A DNA stretch of 64,000 bases from Magallana gigas. Its lineage: Eukaryota. The notes beneath the pieces are model-generated. The model was given only the letters and a program-made list of their open reading frames with translations. It ran no database searches and had not been told where the DNA came from. The stretch lies in the NCBI RefSeq assembly GCF_963853765.1, contig NC_088860.1, forward strand, positions 47,802,001 to 47,866,000, read 5' to 3'. Both the position numbers and the translations under genes were made by a program. Positions 37,315 through 50,600 of the stretch are shown in pieces (position 1 is the first letter of the stretch; the number at the start of each line of letters is the position of its first letter).

Positions 37315-37372
<58 letters not shown>

Positions 37373-38620
37373 ATCATCATCACTGTCACTCTCACTATCA
37401 TCTTTATCATCACTGTCCATGACAACCAGGAGGTCACCAGAGGAGGTACTACAGACACTGCGAGGTTCCCACCCCTGTAGTCTGATCACTGTCTGTATCT
37501 GTGTATTCTTCACTATGTTCACAGTTCTATCACTGATGTCAGTATAAACTAGATCCCCACTCCTTGTCACTGCTATGTCGTATGGATGGTTCCCTGACTT
37601 GGTTTGGATGGACTCCACTAGTTCCCCCTGCAGGTTGAAGAGTTTCATCATGTCGTCATCACCACGCGTCCATACTTCTGTATCATTCAGACACGCCACA
37701 CCGTATAGATGTCTATACCATGTGTCTATAGCTGTGATGACCCGGGGTACATCCATCAGTGACCGGTCTGGGGGAGAGGACTCAGCTCCCTGGGGTGGCA
37801 TGCTGTAGTCTTGTTCCTCTGTTGTAAAAGATAATGCGGACAGAGAACCAAACTGTTTAATCAGCTGATCTGTGTGGATTTCCTGAGGCCTAAAGTTTGG
37901 TAAGGACACTTTGAGTTTAGGAGGCAATCTTCTAAATTCAGCGTTCCTGGACTTGTACTCAGAGACAAGGCTGACATCGTTGGAGTTCAGTAGCTTCTTC
38001 AGTTCTGCAATGGTCTGTGTGATTTTAGAAATGGTGTGTGTGATTTCATCGTCCTGTTTATTCAGGACGACCAGGTGTTTGGATTCCATTTCCTCCACGT
38101 TAGATTTCAGGTTTGTGATAATAGTGTCTATTTCTCTGTGCCAGACTTCTCCTTGTTCGTCAATTGCTGTTGTCAATTTCCGGGAGTTTTTACTCAGATC
38201 AGCTTTCTGCACTGGGATGTCTGATGCAATCTCTTTGTATTTAGCATAAATGAATTTTTCTAATTCTTGCAAATCTTTTTGTAAAATTTCTGTTTTGTTT
38301 TCAAAGCTTTGGAAAATGTCAACTTGTATATGACCTAAATGTTTTTTAGTAGAAATACACTTTGCACAAATAGGAATGTCACATTGTTCACAGTGGAGTT
38401 CACATTGTTTGGTGGGGTGTTTCCTACACTTGGGATAGTTCAGGGTGGTTAAGTATTGTTTAAGTGGCACCACATTATGGACTTTAGAGGAATCAGAGAA
38501 ATGGGTCTCTACACAGTCTTTACACAGATGTATATGACAAACTTCACAGTACATGGGGGCCACAGAGTCCTGACACAGGGTGCAGCGTACAACATCCTGG
38601 GCACTGTTCCAGGGGTCCAT
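36923..38620 (-). CDS. RING-less TRIM-like B-box/coiled-coil/NHL protein, copy 2, 565 aa
   Basis: First 154 aa identical to copy 1; NHL region divergent with an acidic insertion; intact ORF. Confidence 0.93.
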
Positions 38621-38656
38621 GGTCAGGGAACCCTTGTAACTATAGGGGAACTAAAC

Positions 38657-38930
38657 CTGAAAAGTAATATTCAGTATGTATATATGATGTATACGTTTAT
38701 TATCTTGATTTGAGTAATTCTATCTCTATACATGTATTAGTAGGAATTAGAAATTCCATTGCATGCAGTACACTTTCATTTTTGGTCATACAATTTGAAA
38801 GTAATTTGCTTTTTTCTTTACTATTTATGAAAAAATTATGAATTTAACAAATATAAGGCATAAAAATCATTAGTCCAAAGATTTTAGATTATTTAGAAAA
38901 CACAGTAAGAAGGTGGATTATAAAACTTAC
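38657..38930 (-). other. Predicted 5'-UTR intron of TRIM-like copy 2
   Basis: Same AG|GTAAGT donor and TTTTCAG acceptor as copy 1. Confidence 0.65.
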
Positions 38931-39253
38931 CTAACGCTACCCCATTGGTAAACTACAAATCTTCACGATCCAACATGGCGGGCGTCAGGTGTTTATTCTT
39001 CCTGGTTGGTTGCTACCTGTGCAAGTGACGTGATCAAATTAAATGCCAGTTACAAACTTGTGCTTGTATATGTGTTGGTCTAGAATCGAGGTCACCCATT
39101 GTTGGGAGGTTTAAATATATCTGACATTCTTTATCACCGCTGAGCTATAGATATATTTAATTCAGCTTTAAAATGTAGGTTATTCATTTGGTTTGATAAT
39201 ACATTGGGTTTTGTCTTAAGATTCTGCTGTTCAATAGATATTTCTCTATAAAA

Positions 39254-39322
39254 GCTGATGTGATGTAATGGTGCACACATTCCTTTGAGAATGAAGAGTG
39301 GGTTCAAATCCCACCATCAGCT
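39254..39322 (+). ncRNA. Second copy of the tRNA-like cloverleaf
   Basis: Identical to 13768-13836 except G10>A, which weakens the D stem. Confidence 0.55.
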
Positions 39323-40371
39323 TACAAATTTAGTGAAGTATAAATGTATTTAAATGTGTCATGTGTGGATGTTTATATGAAGAAAAAAAAAGCAAATGTG
39401 ACCTTATCACCAATTAATTATTAAAGGTCATTGTGGTGAACAAAATTTGAACATTTTTACTGAAAATGCTTATCCAATTATATAACTACATGGCATGTAG
39501 TTATGTCAGAGCGGATCTAGAGAAGGAAATGGAAGACAAGCATCAGGATACCCCACCCCTTGAAAAATAAAAATTACCAAATGAACATGCTAGACTTGTC
39601 AAAAATAAGTCTTAGACTACCCATCCCCACCCCCTGCAAGCAAGATCAGTATTCAGACCCACCATCCAACTATTATGACAGATGTGCCATTTAGATTCCA
39701 GTGCAAACAATAACAACCCCCTGAGAAATTAAAGGTTATTTTGTTTGGGGCCTAAGTTTTTTTTATTAATATAACAAATAATTCTCCGCCCCTAATTTCC
39801 ATGGATGCGACCTATCGACCTCAGATTTCAGTCTGATGGAATGAGGGTGACGCGACACAGCCAGGTATCCAGCATGGCTTGTTGTCCGGTGTCAGAGAAA
39901 TCTGTGGGGCTGGTGGTGTCAGAAATATGTATATTGTGTCCTCAGGCTTGGGGCGAATTACATTGTAAAGTAATGCATTACATTACCATTACTTTATGAA
40001 TTAGGGCATTAAATTACCATTACCATTACTTTGTGAAAAGTCAATAAGTTTTAAAAGAGTAATTTAAAAGCTAAATAAAGAGTTTATGTAAATGTTTCAT
40101 AAATAAAACATGTTTATAAACATATTTACAGGTTCATGTTCACTATCAGGTTCAAATTTAATGACTTATACAAGATTACTGTTGCACTATATGATAAAAG
40201 TTTCACAGGTTTAATCTTTCAACTGCATCCTGATCCTGTCGGGTGTGAAAATCTAAGATACATGTATATATATATATATATTTTTTTTTGTTTAGGTAAT
40301 AATAGAAAATATATGAATCTTGTATTTTCTATCAGTCCAAACTGTTGTACTTAATACATGTATACAATTAC

Positions 40372-40413
<42 letters not shown>

Positions 40414-40547
40414 GTAAAATTATTATTTTCAAATGGTTCATAATACTGGAAGTAATTTTTAAGCTTCAAGAGATCCTGGTTGGACAGTGCATTCTTTTTA
40501 TTGCATTCATTTTTACTTTTAAGGGTGTATGTCTGTTCTCTATTCTA

Positions 40548-41048
40548 CAATGCCGCTCTATGAAATACAATCTTGTGTTTACGGGGCTAGGTGGGGAAAC
40601 AAAGGAAGAGGACACGGAGGGCAAATTGCGGGACTTCATATATTTTGAATTAGGAGTTGACTGGAGAGTGGAGTTCTGTAACGTACATCGGTTCGGTCGA
40701 TTTCAACAGAACAGGAGCAGACCCATCGTTGCGAAATTCCTTTATGAAAATGACCGAGTAAGTGTTCTAGAAAGAGCCTATAAATTAAAAGGAAGTGGAT
40801 TCGGCATAAATGAACAATTCCCGCACGCTATTGAGGAAAGACGAAAACAACTCTATCCTATCATGAGGGAACTCAGAAGTCAAGGAAAGAGAACCAAACT
40901 AGTGAAAGATCGTCTGTATGTGAACGGAAAGTTATATAAAGGTCCAGAAAGCAGAGACGAACACCACACAGGAACTCCAGATAATAGACAACAACGCCAC
41001 GCAGCCACACACGCGCAACACATAACTCGATCGACAGGAGCACAATGA
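40548..41048 (+). CDS. LINE ORF1 C-terminal part (L1-type RRM/CTD-like), 5'-truncated
   Basis: RSMKYNLVFTGL...VHRFG...RPIVAKF...GINEQFP...DRLYVNG. The ORF-track segment upstream of 40548 is host DNA. Confidence 0.85.
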   Translation, partial: QCRSMKYNLVFTGLGGETKEEDTEGKLRDFIYFELGVDWRVEFCNVHRFGRFQQNRSRPIVAKFLYENDRVSVLERAYKLKGSGFGINEQFPHAIEERRKQLYPIMRELRSQGKRTKLVKDRLYVNGKLYKGPESRDEHHTGTPDNRQQRHAATHAQHITRSTGAQ

Positions 41049-41156
41049 CGATCCAACGAAACAGCAGGACGGCATGAAAGACAGACTACACATCCAGCGA
41101 CCGCGTACAGTACAGTCACCTCCAACACGTACACTGGACATTCTACCGGTCACTAG

Positions 41157-44100
41157 GACAGGCTCGGGAGTAGGAGTGAGGATTTATCTATCATCGCATG
41201 GAATGTTAATAAAGGCCTAAAAACTAAACTAGATAATCTAGACTTTGTAGAACTTATAATAAAATATGATATAATTATTTTATTAGAATGTTGGATAAAT
41301 CAAGATGATTGTTTCGATCTACATGGATATAATAATTACAGTTTTCATAGAACAAATGGAAAAGGAGGTGGCATTGTTATCTTTATTAAAAACATGTTAG
41401 ACATGAACATATCAATTGTAGACCAATTTTGTAGTACTGTTGTGTGGATACGTTTTGAACTTAAAAGTAAACAAGGTACACCCATTTTTGTAGCCGCATG
41501 TTATATACCCCCAGAAAGTAGTGTGTTTTATAAAAAAGAGAAAGTTGATATTTTTGATTATTTAGAAGATTCTTATTGTAGTTTTCACCGTAAAGGTCAT
41601 ATATATGTGGTAGGGGACTTTAATGCCCGGTGTGGAACTTTGGATGATTTTATTTCTGATGACAAGCTTGAAAAGTCAGTAGAAAAGAATTTACAGTCAT
41701 TTGTAGACTATGACAATAATGCCAATGTATACTGTAGACATAATGCAGACAGAGGAGTTAACAACTTTGGTAAAAAGTTGATTAATTTGTGTAGAACTAC
41801 AGGATTGAAAATTGTTAATGGAAGAAATGAAAATGACTATAATGGTAATATCACTTTTTATAACGCCAATGGAACTAGTACGATAGATTATTTACTTACA
41901 GATGTGTACAATTTTGACAATATTACTTATTTTTCAACAGGTATTTTTAACTGCTTCTCCGATCATGCACCTGTTTCTTTTTGTATTAAAACTAACTACA
42001 TAGATGGGGGATCAAAAGCCTTGTGCTGTGCAAACACTTCACAAGGGAACGGGAGTATAAATCAATGTACTTCAGTTAGATGGAAAGAAGGTGCTGATTT
42101 AGAAGCTACGTGGTCAATAAGTGAACACTATGATTTATTTTTGTCATATGTAGAAAACCAGTTATATACACAAGAAGATGTTGACAATTGTGTAGCGAAT
42201 TTTAGTAAGACACTCTGTAAAATAATGAAGCCCTATTGTATTATCACTGGTGGACTGGCAAATACGGTTATAGATGCAGAACGTTGTATTGATAAACCCT
42301 GGTTTAATGATATTTGTAAATCAAAATACCGTGATTATAGAGGTGCACTGCATAATTTTAATGTATTCAAGTCGGATGTAAATAGAATTGTACTTTGTGC
42401 AAAGAAAAAGGTTTATAAAAAAACAGTCCAGAAGTTTAAGCATAACTACGAACGATATCAGGGAGACAGAATGGAATACCTAAGAAAATGTAACCCAAAG
42501 CAGTTTTTTCGTTTATTTAAGAATAATAAAAAAATCAGTTGTGATGTAAGTGCCAAAGAGTTTTTTGAGCATTTTAAGAACCTTTTTGAAAATGTAAAAA
42601 CTACTACTTATGACAACACTAGTGATGATTATGAAATATTACCATGTTATAAAGAGTTAGATGTGTGTATTTCAGAATTAGAGGTTGAGAAAGCTATTTT
42701 GAAACTGAAAAGTAACAAGAGTAATGCTGAAGATGGTGTAATTAATGAATTTTTTTCGAAATGTAAAGAGGTTATGATACCTATTTTGTGTAGACTTTTT
42801 AATAATATATTCGACTCTGGTTTTTACCCAGACAATTGGTCAAAAGGTTGTATTGTACCAATTTTTAAAAAAGGTGAAATGCAAGATTTAAACAATTATA
42901 GAGGTATCACATTAGTTAGTTGCTTGGCAAAACTATTTACAAGTATTATAAATACTAGATTGTTAGAATGGGACCAGAGATATAATATCATTACTGATGC
43001 TCAGTTTGGTTTTAAACCAGGGGTAGGTACAATTGATGCCATATTTGTACTACAGAATCTCATAAGTAGAACTTTAAAAAACAAAAAAAGATTGTACTGT
43101 TGTTTTGTGGATTATACAAAGGCCTTTGACTTAATTGATAGATCAAAACTATGGTATAAATTGCAAATGGAGGGTTTTGGAGGAAAATTATTACGTATTA
43201 TTAAGTCTCTATATAAAAATGTAAGAGCATGTGTTAAACATAAAGGTACATTTACAGAAACATTTAGAATCTCAGCTGGAGTTCTACAAGGTGAAATATT
43301 GTCTCCATTATTATTTTCAATGTACCTTAATGATTTTGAAAGATATTTTATAAATAGTAATTGTACATCAATTGAATTACAAATGATTAATATGTTTTTA
43401 ATTATGTATGCTGATGATACTGTCCTTTTGGCAGAATCGCCCGAGGGTTTACAGGATATGCTGAACACATTGCACAGATATACTGATGAATGGAACTTAT
43501 CTGTTAATGTACAAAAAACCAAAATTGTAATTTTTAGAAACGGAAAATGTGTTAAAGATAATGAAAAATGGGAATACAATAGCAAATACGTAGAAGTAGT
43601 GAATCAATTTAACTATCTTGGTATGTTGTTTAACTACAATGGTAAATTTTTATCTACACAAAAGCACTGTGCAGCACAGGGAAATAAAGCAATGTTCAGC
43701 ATATCTAGTAAAATGAAAGATTTGAATTTTAATGTTGAAACTCAATTGAATGTTTTTGATACTTATGTAAAAAGTGTACTTAGTTATGGTGCTGAAATTT
43801 GGGGATTCCATAAAGGTCAAGATGTAGAAAAAGTCCATATAAATTTTTGTAAGAAGGTTTTGGGTGTCAGAAAAAATACTTGCAACAGTGCAGTTTATTA
43901 TGAAGTAGGTAGATTTCCATTAGAGATTTTCAGGAAACAAAAAATTTTTAAATACTGGTTTAAATTAAGAAACAGTAAAAACTGTATTTTAAAAGCATGC
44001 TACGAAGACATGGTGAAAAATAATGACATATGGATTTCAAATATTAGGAAAGAATTGTCCATCTTAGGCTTAGCCGATTTATATCAACCAGTACTATGAA

Positions 44101-44587
44101 AGAGTCTGTTATTTTAGATATTATATTTAAAAGAATGTGTGATGTCTTTAAACAAAAAGTTGTTAACGATATAAGCAATGCATCAAAATGTATATTATAT
44201 AAACATGTTGTTGATCATTTTTGTTTACAAGTTTACCTAAAGAAACCAATTCATGTAAAATATCGTAAATTAATTACACGCTTACAGTTGTCCTCACATG
44301 ACTTAAAGATTGAAACAGGAAGGTATGATAATTTAACACGTGATTGTCGAAAATGTGAATCTTGCAACTTAAATGTAATTGAAGATGAGTTCCATTTTTT
44401 ACTTATTTGTCCATCACTTTGTAGTTTAAGAGATAAGTATATTAAAAAATACTACTCCCGAAAACCAAGTGTCTATAAAGTTATACAGTTATTATCTACC
44501 TCTAATACTAAAGAACTGTGTAATTTAGGTAAATATTTATATTATGCAAACAAGCAACGAACTCTCCATGTGAATTATCCAAATTGA
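41157..44587 (+). pseudogene. LINE ORF2 (APE endonuclease, RT, C-terminal Cys/His motif) with one frameshift near 44090
   Basis: IIAWNV, LLECW, GDFNAR, STIDY and SDHAPV; QGEILSP and YADD; second piece SSHDLKIETGRY...CESC...EDEFHFLLICP at 44096-44587. The frame is open from 41157, upstream of the first ATG at 41394. Confidence 0.88.
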
Positions 44588-45900
44588 TTATGTACACTTT
44601 GTTTTTCTTACTGTTTATTTAATATGTATATGTTCATATGTATAACCTATGAGACATTTGTCTCTTGGAATAAAGAACTTGAATTCTAATGTAGCCAATC
44701 GAAGGGTGGTTATGGGGTGTTTAGCACCTCTTTAAACAATAGAATGTTTTGATACTTAGAACAACACTGTGTACTGTTGACACATTCTTCACAGTAAAGA
44801 ATTCATTGAATGTACATGTACAACTAATTGGAGTACATTTTTCAAATGATTTGAATTTCTTAATAAGACACTCTTAAAATGTTATGAAATTGTGTTGATA
44901 TAGCTAGTTATATTGACAATTTAAGAATGGATTTTTAATTTTTTTTAACATGCTTAATCATACAACTAAAATATTTTTATCTCAAGAATTATTTTTCTTC
45001 TTTAAAAACAATTTTTAATCAAATACAGTTATTCAATTCATCACGATTTTACAAATAAACATGCATTGAAAAGCATAGTAATGCAAAGTAATGCCATGTA
45101 ATGCCAGCATTATACTAGATTTTGGAAGTAATGCATTACATTACCATTACGTGTAATGCTTAAATTACACATTACTAGCATTACTTTGAAAATATGTAAC
45201 GAATTGCAATGCATTACCATTACATTTAGCATTACCCCAAACCCTGGTGTCCTGGGATTTGATTCTTCTGAGTTGTGGAGTCAGTAAATACGATCTATTT
45301 TCTATGTTCAATGTAATCTGATTAAAGTACAATCCACTAAAGTGCAAGAGATATGATAATGACCCATTCCAGTTCATGTATTGACGTAAGAATGAACTGA
45401 GTTGAGTTTCGTCATAATATAAAACTTATTAGTAAGACACTTTTCAATATACGACTTGCATTACAGATTGACTCCGAGCCAGGACCGATGTAACGACGAA
45501 AAGTGACCCCCGTAGAATATTGACCTGCGGGTTAAATTTCTACGGAGAAAACTGATCCAGAGTCAGTGTGTTCTATGACAAGTAGGGTCCTTTTTCTACA
45601 GTAGAAAACCATTCAAGACCTGTAGATCTGCGACCCCCACACGTTGAGAGCTGACCCCCATAGAATTTGACCTCACTTATAAACTACATAGAAATTATAG
45701 AAATTAAAGGCGATACGTTTAGCATTCATGTTTTGTAAGTGTCCGGGTGGTGGGGGGGGGGGGGGGGGTATGCGCCTCCCGTTTTACCCTTTTACATATA
45801 TAACATCACTTTGAAGTTTTTATCTTGAAGAACTTGTCAGCTTGCCTTGTGGTGCCCCTTCGCTAAGCCTTTTCAGGGTCCCCCCGGGGTATATTACAAA

Positions 45901-47661
45901 ATGGCGACAGCCAGCGGTGGTCGCTTAGACGAGGATCCAAACTTTTCCTCAATTAATGCCTACAGAGATTGCGACAATGCCCTACAATGTGCACCAGTCA
46001 ACGACAGCAGAAGTAATCTTCTAACCGATGTTCTAAATGTTGAGGAATCTGTGCTGAATTGCACATTATTGCAGTTGTTTACATCTGAGGGCGTGAGTAC
46101 TTCTTACGATAACAATGTCTACGATTTGCCAAACTCGCAATTGCCTATTATCGAGAACGAAGGTTTATCGAACGCTGAGTATATCAATCTTATTGATTCC
46201 CAACTTCAGAATTTACCAAAAGAAATTTATGTTAATAAATTACTTGAACTTCTTGATGACGATGAGAACAAAATCATGTGGTATAGAAACGTTCTTTACT
46301 CCCGGGCAAAAACCCTCCCCGACTGCCCTCCTGGCAGACTTAAAAGTAGAAGAACTACTAAAAGTAACAACAGTACTGAAAGATATGCAAGAGACTGTCA
46401 CACTTTATACATGTTTACCCAAGGGGAAAAATCGGGATTGAATGTAATTTTTGACAAAAGCAAAACATTACCAGTCCCTTCCGATACATTCAAGCATGAA
46501 ACCTCAAAAATTGAGTTAGATGAATTTTGATCATTGCTGCAATTATTACAACAGCGACTATCCGAATTAGAAGAAAATATTCAATCCAAAGACAAAACAA
46601 TTCATATCCTGACCGCTGACCTCAAATCACTTCACTTGAAACATGACCAACTATCTACAGAACATGAGCGTTTCAAAGCTGAGGCGAACTGTAGGTTCAC
46701 TAAATGCGACTGCTTTCAGAAATTGGCAAAAGAGAAATTCCAAAAAGCCGAAACCGATTTGATGGAGTTTGAATCTTTCAAATCAAAAACTAATGACGAA
46801 CTCAAACGTGTAAATAAAGTTACTCAAAACTTTCAAAATAAAGTCAACGCACTCAGCCCAAATAAATCATACGCCAGTGCTGTAGTCGAACAAACTGCCA
46901 ATGAACGGTCCATTAAAGAAAACTCTACAACATCTCGTGGAAATGACGCCATAGTCGATGGAATTCGTTCTATACGCGACTCAATGGATAATCCGTCTAA
47001 ACCCAAGACGTCTGATACCGATGGTAAAACTTGTGCCGATAGAGATGTTGCTGCGTGTGCACCGGTGGCCAACGATTCACCCCGTCGGGTTCCTCAAGAA
47101 GCCAGACACAATGCACATTCAATCGACACCTCTTCATTCAACTCGCCACGCTCCAATAGTCATACTATTACGACAGCTGGTCTCAAATACGCAAAAAATA
47201 GAGACTCTTCTCCAGAGAGCATAACGCCCAAAAGATCAGTGAATTACGATGGTGTTTTGTGTCGCGTAACTGTTGACGAAAAACCACGCTCAGTTCAAAA
47301 TACCGTATCTAAACAAACAAAAGATGTCTTTCTCGGAGTTACATACAAGAAGGCAGCCCGATATTATTTGTCCGGAATAAACCATGAATCAACCTACGAA
47401 GGCATCAAAACTTATGTTGAAAGCAAAGGGGTTAAAATCTCGTACTTAACCCTATTCAAACCAAAAGGGCGCTACTCAGTCCGGACAGCCAAAATCAACG
47501 TCTCGCCAAATTGCTCACAAACTGTAGAAGCACCGGGATTCTGGCCCGACGGTGTCCACTGCCGCAAGTGGTATAGTGAGCGCGAGTGGGATTCTCGTTG
47601 TGACCAAAGGTACCCGCAGACAGACGACGAACGGGCATATCAAGACAGTCATTACCATTAA
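45901..47661 (+). pseudogene. ORF1 of unit 1, broken by TGA at 46528-46530
   Basis: In-frame pieces; unit 2 has CGA (Arg) at this codon. Confidence 0.9.
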
Positions 47662-47668
47662 ACCAATT

Positions 47669-50600
47669 ATGTCATTTTGTTCAAAACATGTTATTTCATT
47701 TTGGTATTTTCTGTCTCAAATTATGGTCATTCTTATGTCATGGAACGTCCGTGGTATCTTCTCATCCACGCTGTGTCTCTCTTCGCTGTTAGACAGAGAG
47801 AAATGTGACATTGCTGTACTCTCGGAACACAAACTTAAACAAGAAACAAGAGGTTACCTTGATACAATACATACAGACTTTTTAAGTTTCGTCAAATTTG
47901 AGGATGAAAAATCTACTCATACAAACGTACTCTTCGCCGGCAGAGGCGGCGTAGCTATAATGTATAGGAAATGTTTAGCTTTCTCAATACGGGAAATTCC
48001 ATGCTTCGACTCAAACCGCATTATTGGAATTGAGCTAAAGACATGCAACGGATGCGTGTACATATTGGGTGCTTACTTACCTTCTGACAATAATGTTGAC
48101 AATTACGCGTACGAATTAAATTTACTTGAAAATTTATACAATCACTACTCGAATTATGGAAAAGTTATAATAGCGGGTGACCTAAATGGCAGTCTAGTCG
48201 ATTCAACCGGAACTAATGAACGGAAGTCAGAAATTCTGTCGTCGTTTGCATTTAGAAAAAACCTTTGTACTCCTTACATAGACTTTAAAACTTGTGGTGA
48301 AAACTATACTTTCACATATAAAAAAACAACCCTGGACTACGTCTTATTTGACAAATCTGTTTTAACATTGCTGCATCGTTACCTAACATACGTAGAGGGC
48401 TCATTCTCACTTACATCTGACCACCTTCCGATAATTGCCACATTTAATCTACGCGCCATGCAATGCCACCACCTGAAGACTTCCCAGACAAAACTTTTAG
48501 CATGGCACAAAGCTACCGCTGAAAATATTGCGGAGTATAGGAACAAAATTGACGAACATCTCTCCGCTGCGTTTGGTGAAGAACTTCGCAATGAAACAGA
48601 CATTTCAGTGTATATCGACAATTTAACCAAAATTCTGCATAAGTGCGCTCACGACTGTATTCCATCTTCGTCCTTCAACCCTTTCACCCGACCTGGCTGG
48701 ACTTCTTCTGTAAAGGAGCTCCATAAAATTGAAAGAGCCAAACGGCGCATATGGATAGGACTAGGAAGACCTCGAGGGATGGAATTTACGTCATACCTAG
48801 AATATAAAAAGGCCAAGAGAAATTTCCGGAGGGCCCTTGAAGAAGCACACGAACGCTACATGTGTGATGTCTACAAAGAAATCGACGAAGCCGCAGAAGT
48901 AGACATACGTCTATTCTGGAGACTGACAAAGAGACGAAAACCCAGAACTTCGCGCATTTACCCCGAAATCCAGGATGAGGGAGGAACAACCCATACAGAT
49001 CCGGAAGGGGTGGCAGAAACTTTTGCCAACTATTACCAAAGTATATATACCCCCTTAGAAGATGTTCAGTTCGATCCGGATTTCAAGTCACAGATAGATC
49101 TCGAGATGAAACATATTACTGCAACTTGTGAAAGTGATATACACGACTTTCCCGGGGGCTGCATTACCACAAAAGAACTAAATGCAATAATCAGCTGTTT
49201 GAAGCTCCGCAAGGCACCTGGCAATGACTCAATTACTAACGAACATATCGTTCACGGGGGGAAATCACTTGTTCGATGCCTCGTTAATTTATATAACGCC
49301 ATCGCGTCTTTGGGGAAAATACCTCTTCAGTGGTAACAAGGGCTTATTGTGCCTTTGTACAAGGGAGGATCGAAGCCCAAAAATATGTGCGACAGTTACA
49401 GACCTGTAGCCTTACTACCTTGTTTATTTAAAATTTTTGAAAAAATCATTCTGTCTCGCATATCTGAGTTTTTAACATTAAGTGCTCATTTTCCCAATGC
49501 TCAGCAGCAAGGGTTTCAAAAATCGTTAAGCTGCTTAACTGCATCTTTTAATTTGCAGGAAACAATTTTGCACAACACAGAACAGGGAAACAATGTATAT
49601 GTAAGCTTTTTAGATTCTAGCAAAGCATTCGATACAGTGTGGAGAGAAGGGCTTATGTTCAAACTGTATAATATTGGTGTTACTGGTAAAATATGGACAC
49701 TTATTAACAATTGTCATCAACATACTACAAGCTCTGTCATTGTAAACCAGATAAAATCAAAATGGTTTAGTGTTAATCAAGGTGTCAGACAAGGAGGTGT
49801 TCTGTCCACTTTTTTGTATCTTGTTTTTATTAACGACCTCCTAATTGAATTAGAGGACAATAGTAAAAATATTGGTGTACTAAATGTTCCCAGCAGTTGT
49901 CCATCCCTAGCAGACGATATTTCATGTATTAGCTTATCTCCAATAGGCCTTCAACTACTTTTAAACACTGCTTTTATGTATTCAAACAAATGGCGATTTC
50001 GATTTAATGCTACCAAATCATGTGTGTTAGTATTTTGTCCGAAACATTGTACATTTAAAGAATCATTTCAATGGTTTTTAGGTCAATGTTTAATTCCTAC
50101 AGCAGACAAATACAATCATTTAGGTATTATTGTTGACAACAGATGTAAACAATCTGCTAGGATAACGGAAGCATGCAACAAGGGACGCAAATCGTACTTT
50201 GCGCTCTCTGACATAGGATCGCAATTTCTCAACCCAATGACACTCTCGCATTTATACAAGACGGTTGTGTTACCGTCCGCCCTATATGGTTGTGAACTAT
50301 GGAATTGCATATCTTCCTCTGATCTTCAGAAGCTAAACGTGTTTCAACACTTTGTTTGTAAAAACTCGTTAAACCTACTAAAATCTTGTAGATCTGACAT
50401 TTGTGAATCACTCTTTGGTGTTTTACCGATAGAAGCGGAAATCGACACAAGGAAATTATTATTCCTAGGAAGACTCTGTCGCTTACACTCCACTACCCTC
50501 ACAAAGAAAATATTTGCGATACGTCTGTATTCGTTCATTTATAACTTAGCACTGAAGCAAAAAGGATTTATACCTGAAATTTTTGATATTATCTAAAAGT

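Larger units (their letters stand above)
40548..44682 (+). mobile_element. 5'-truncated non-LTR retrotransposon (RTEX/L2/CR1 group; clade uncertain)
   Basis: 6-bp TSD ATTCTA at 40542-40547 and 44683-44688; empty site near 16002; 3' end AATAAAGAACTTGA; ORF1 remnant plus APE-RT ORF2. Confidence 0.93.
39943..45246 (+). mobile_element. Copy-2 version of the CAGG TIR element, split by a LINE
   Basis: Same termini and GTGTCCT TSD as 15369-16565; interrupted by 40548-44682. Confidence 0.75.
31939..45894 (+). repeat. Segmental duplication, copy 2
   Basis: Colinear with 1063-17195; private insertions at 33184-35085 and 40548-44682, followed by the LINE array. Confidence 0.95.

Noticed and set aside
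40320-40547. N-terminal part of the 242-aa ORF (ERERER...)
   Set aside because: Host MITE DNA and (AG)n in frame by chance; the LINE starts at the TSD at 40548.
45847-45900. MWCPFAKP... extension of ORF1 and the 47552-47668 extension of ORF2
   Set aside because: Non-ATG starts in spacer DNA or overlapping ORF1; the likely starts are 45901 and 47669 or 47723.
49334-50596. Recoding or readthrough of the two TAA codons in the array LINE ORF2
   Set aside because: Both look like single-base nonsense changes (W-K-Q-G and I-Q-K contexts). Sharing across units is explained by duplication after inactivation, and TAA is the least leaky stop.
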